Below, in pieces: positions 63,532-64,000 of a stretch of 64,000 bases of DNA. Source of the DNA: Phoronis australis (taxonomy: Eukaryota > Animalia > Phoronida); the NCBI GenBank assembly GCA_002633005.1, contig NMRA01000076.1:310001-374000 (forward strand), written 5' to 3'. The stretch's first letter is position 1, and the number at the start of each line of letters is the position of its first letter. The position numbers were made by a program, and so were the translations under genes. The notes under the pieces are model-generated. The model ran no database searches. It was not told the DNA's origin and saw only the letters and a list, made by a program, of their open reading frames with translations.

Positions 63532-63776
63532 GCTTCTATCAGCCTGGCACCTCTTGTATCGACACGTGTCCAAGCAGTGGTTGGTAACGAGCAGGGCCAA
63601 GAAACAGCAAAAGGCGTCTAAGAAAGTCGTTGACTTGCTGTGTGCGGTGCAGTGGAAAATCTCTAAGGTCTCTCGTTTGCCGGTTCTACAGCGGCGAATT
63701 GTGAACAGAGGAAATGAGTTTGCCGTTAGTGGCTCCCTTGATAAGGCTGTTGACAGCTGGACCAATCACCTGGCTG
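63532..63776 (+). CDS. CPLANE1: CPLANE1 coding exon 9 (donor uncertain)
   Basis: ttttag|LLSAWHLLYRHVSKQW...WTNHLA; best donor is g|gtaggg at 63777; frame is compatible with exon 8. Confidence 0.72.
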
Positions 63777-64000
63777 GTAGGGGGTTTGGACTCTTGTTGC
63801 ATTCAGAAGTTTCAGGCTATAGTCTAAACTCCATTACCATCTATTAAGTTATCAAAACAAAATAAAAGTTTTTTATTATTATTAATTTATTCAATAATGT
63901 ACATAAATTACAATACTAAATACAGTAATGGGTACAAGATATAAAGAAATAAAAATAATTATGTACAATGTCCAGATAACACCAAAAAATTGAAAACTTA

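Larger units (their letters stand above)
53882..63776 (+). other. CPLANE1: Gene model (3'-incomplete): ciliogenesis and planar polarity effector 1 (C5orf42/JBTS17) orthologue, 9 coding exons in window
   Basis: Spliced translation begins MKVQLDVLVSTSIKRKKPWPRVTWLGQEQESLFLID, matching recalled vertebrate CPLANE1 MEIRLEILTSTGIKQKKPWPRVSWLGKEKEAVFLLD. Later motifs G.LFLW.KD.D.LK, W..DI.WTHD.LFL.C, GCS.E.GPA.F.PLHPL and RFS...HP.LP....SDGY.VT are also present. All phases are compatible. Confidence 0.93.

Overview
This is eukaryotic genomic DNA from a draft assembly with N gaps, AT-rich and intron-rich, most consistent with a marine invertebrate bilaterian (inference). It holds two divergently oriented spliced genes, both running off the window. 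(1) Minus strand, 45866 to <253: a very large secreted protein. I reconstructed 32 GT-AG exons whose phases chain into one open frame of ~1,600 aa with no stop yet. Its order is signal peptide, vitellogenin/MTP-type lipid-transfer (LLTP) module, several furin-type RxxR sites, amphipathic helical region, LECT2/peptidase-M23-like domain apparently lacking its Zn ligands, SAP-like motif, then Cys-rich beta modules. (2) Plus strand, 53882 to >63776: the first 9 coding exons of a CPLANE1 (C5orf42/JBTS17) orthologue. Introns and intergenic DNA contain a decayed L1/Tx1 LINE, Penelope-like remnants, a tRNA-derived SINE with a 14-bp target-site duplication (TSD), several MITE families, two minisatellites and a modular repeat family carrying arrays of CTCF-like motifs. 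Two gap-flanking duplications look like both haplotypes assembled in tandem. Most entries in the ORF track are spurious or are single exons read through into introns. All domain calls come from recognising motifs by eye; no searches were run.
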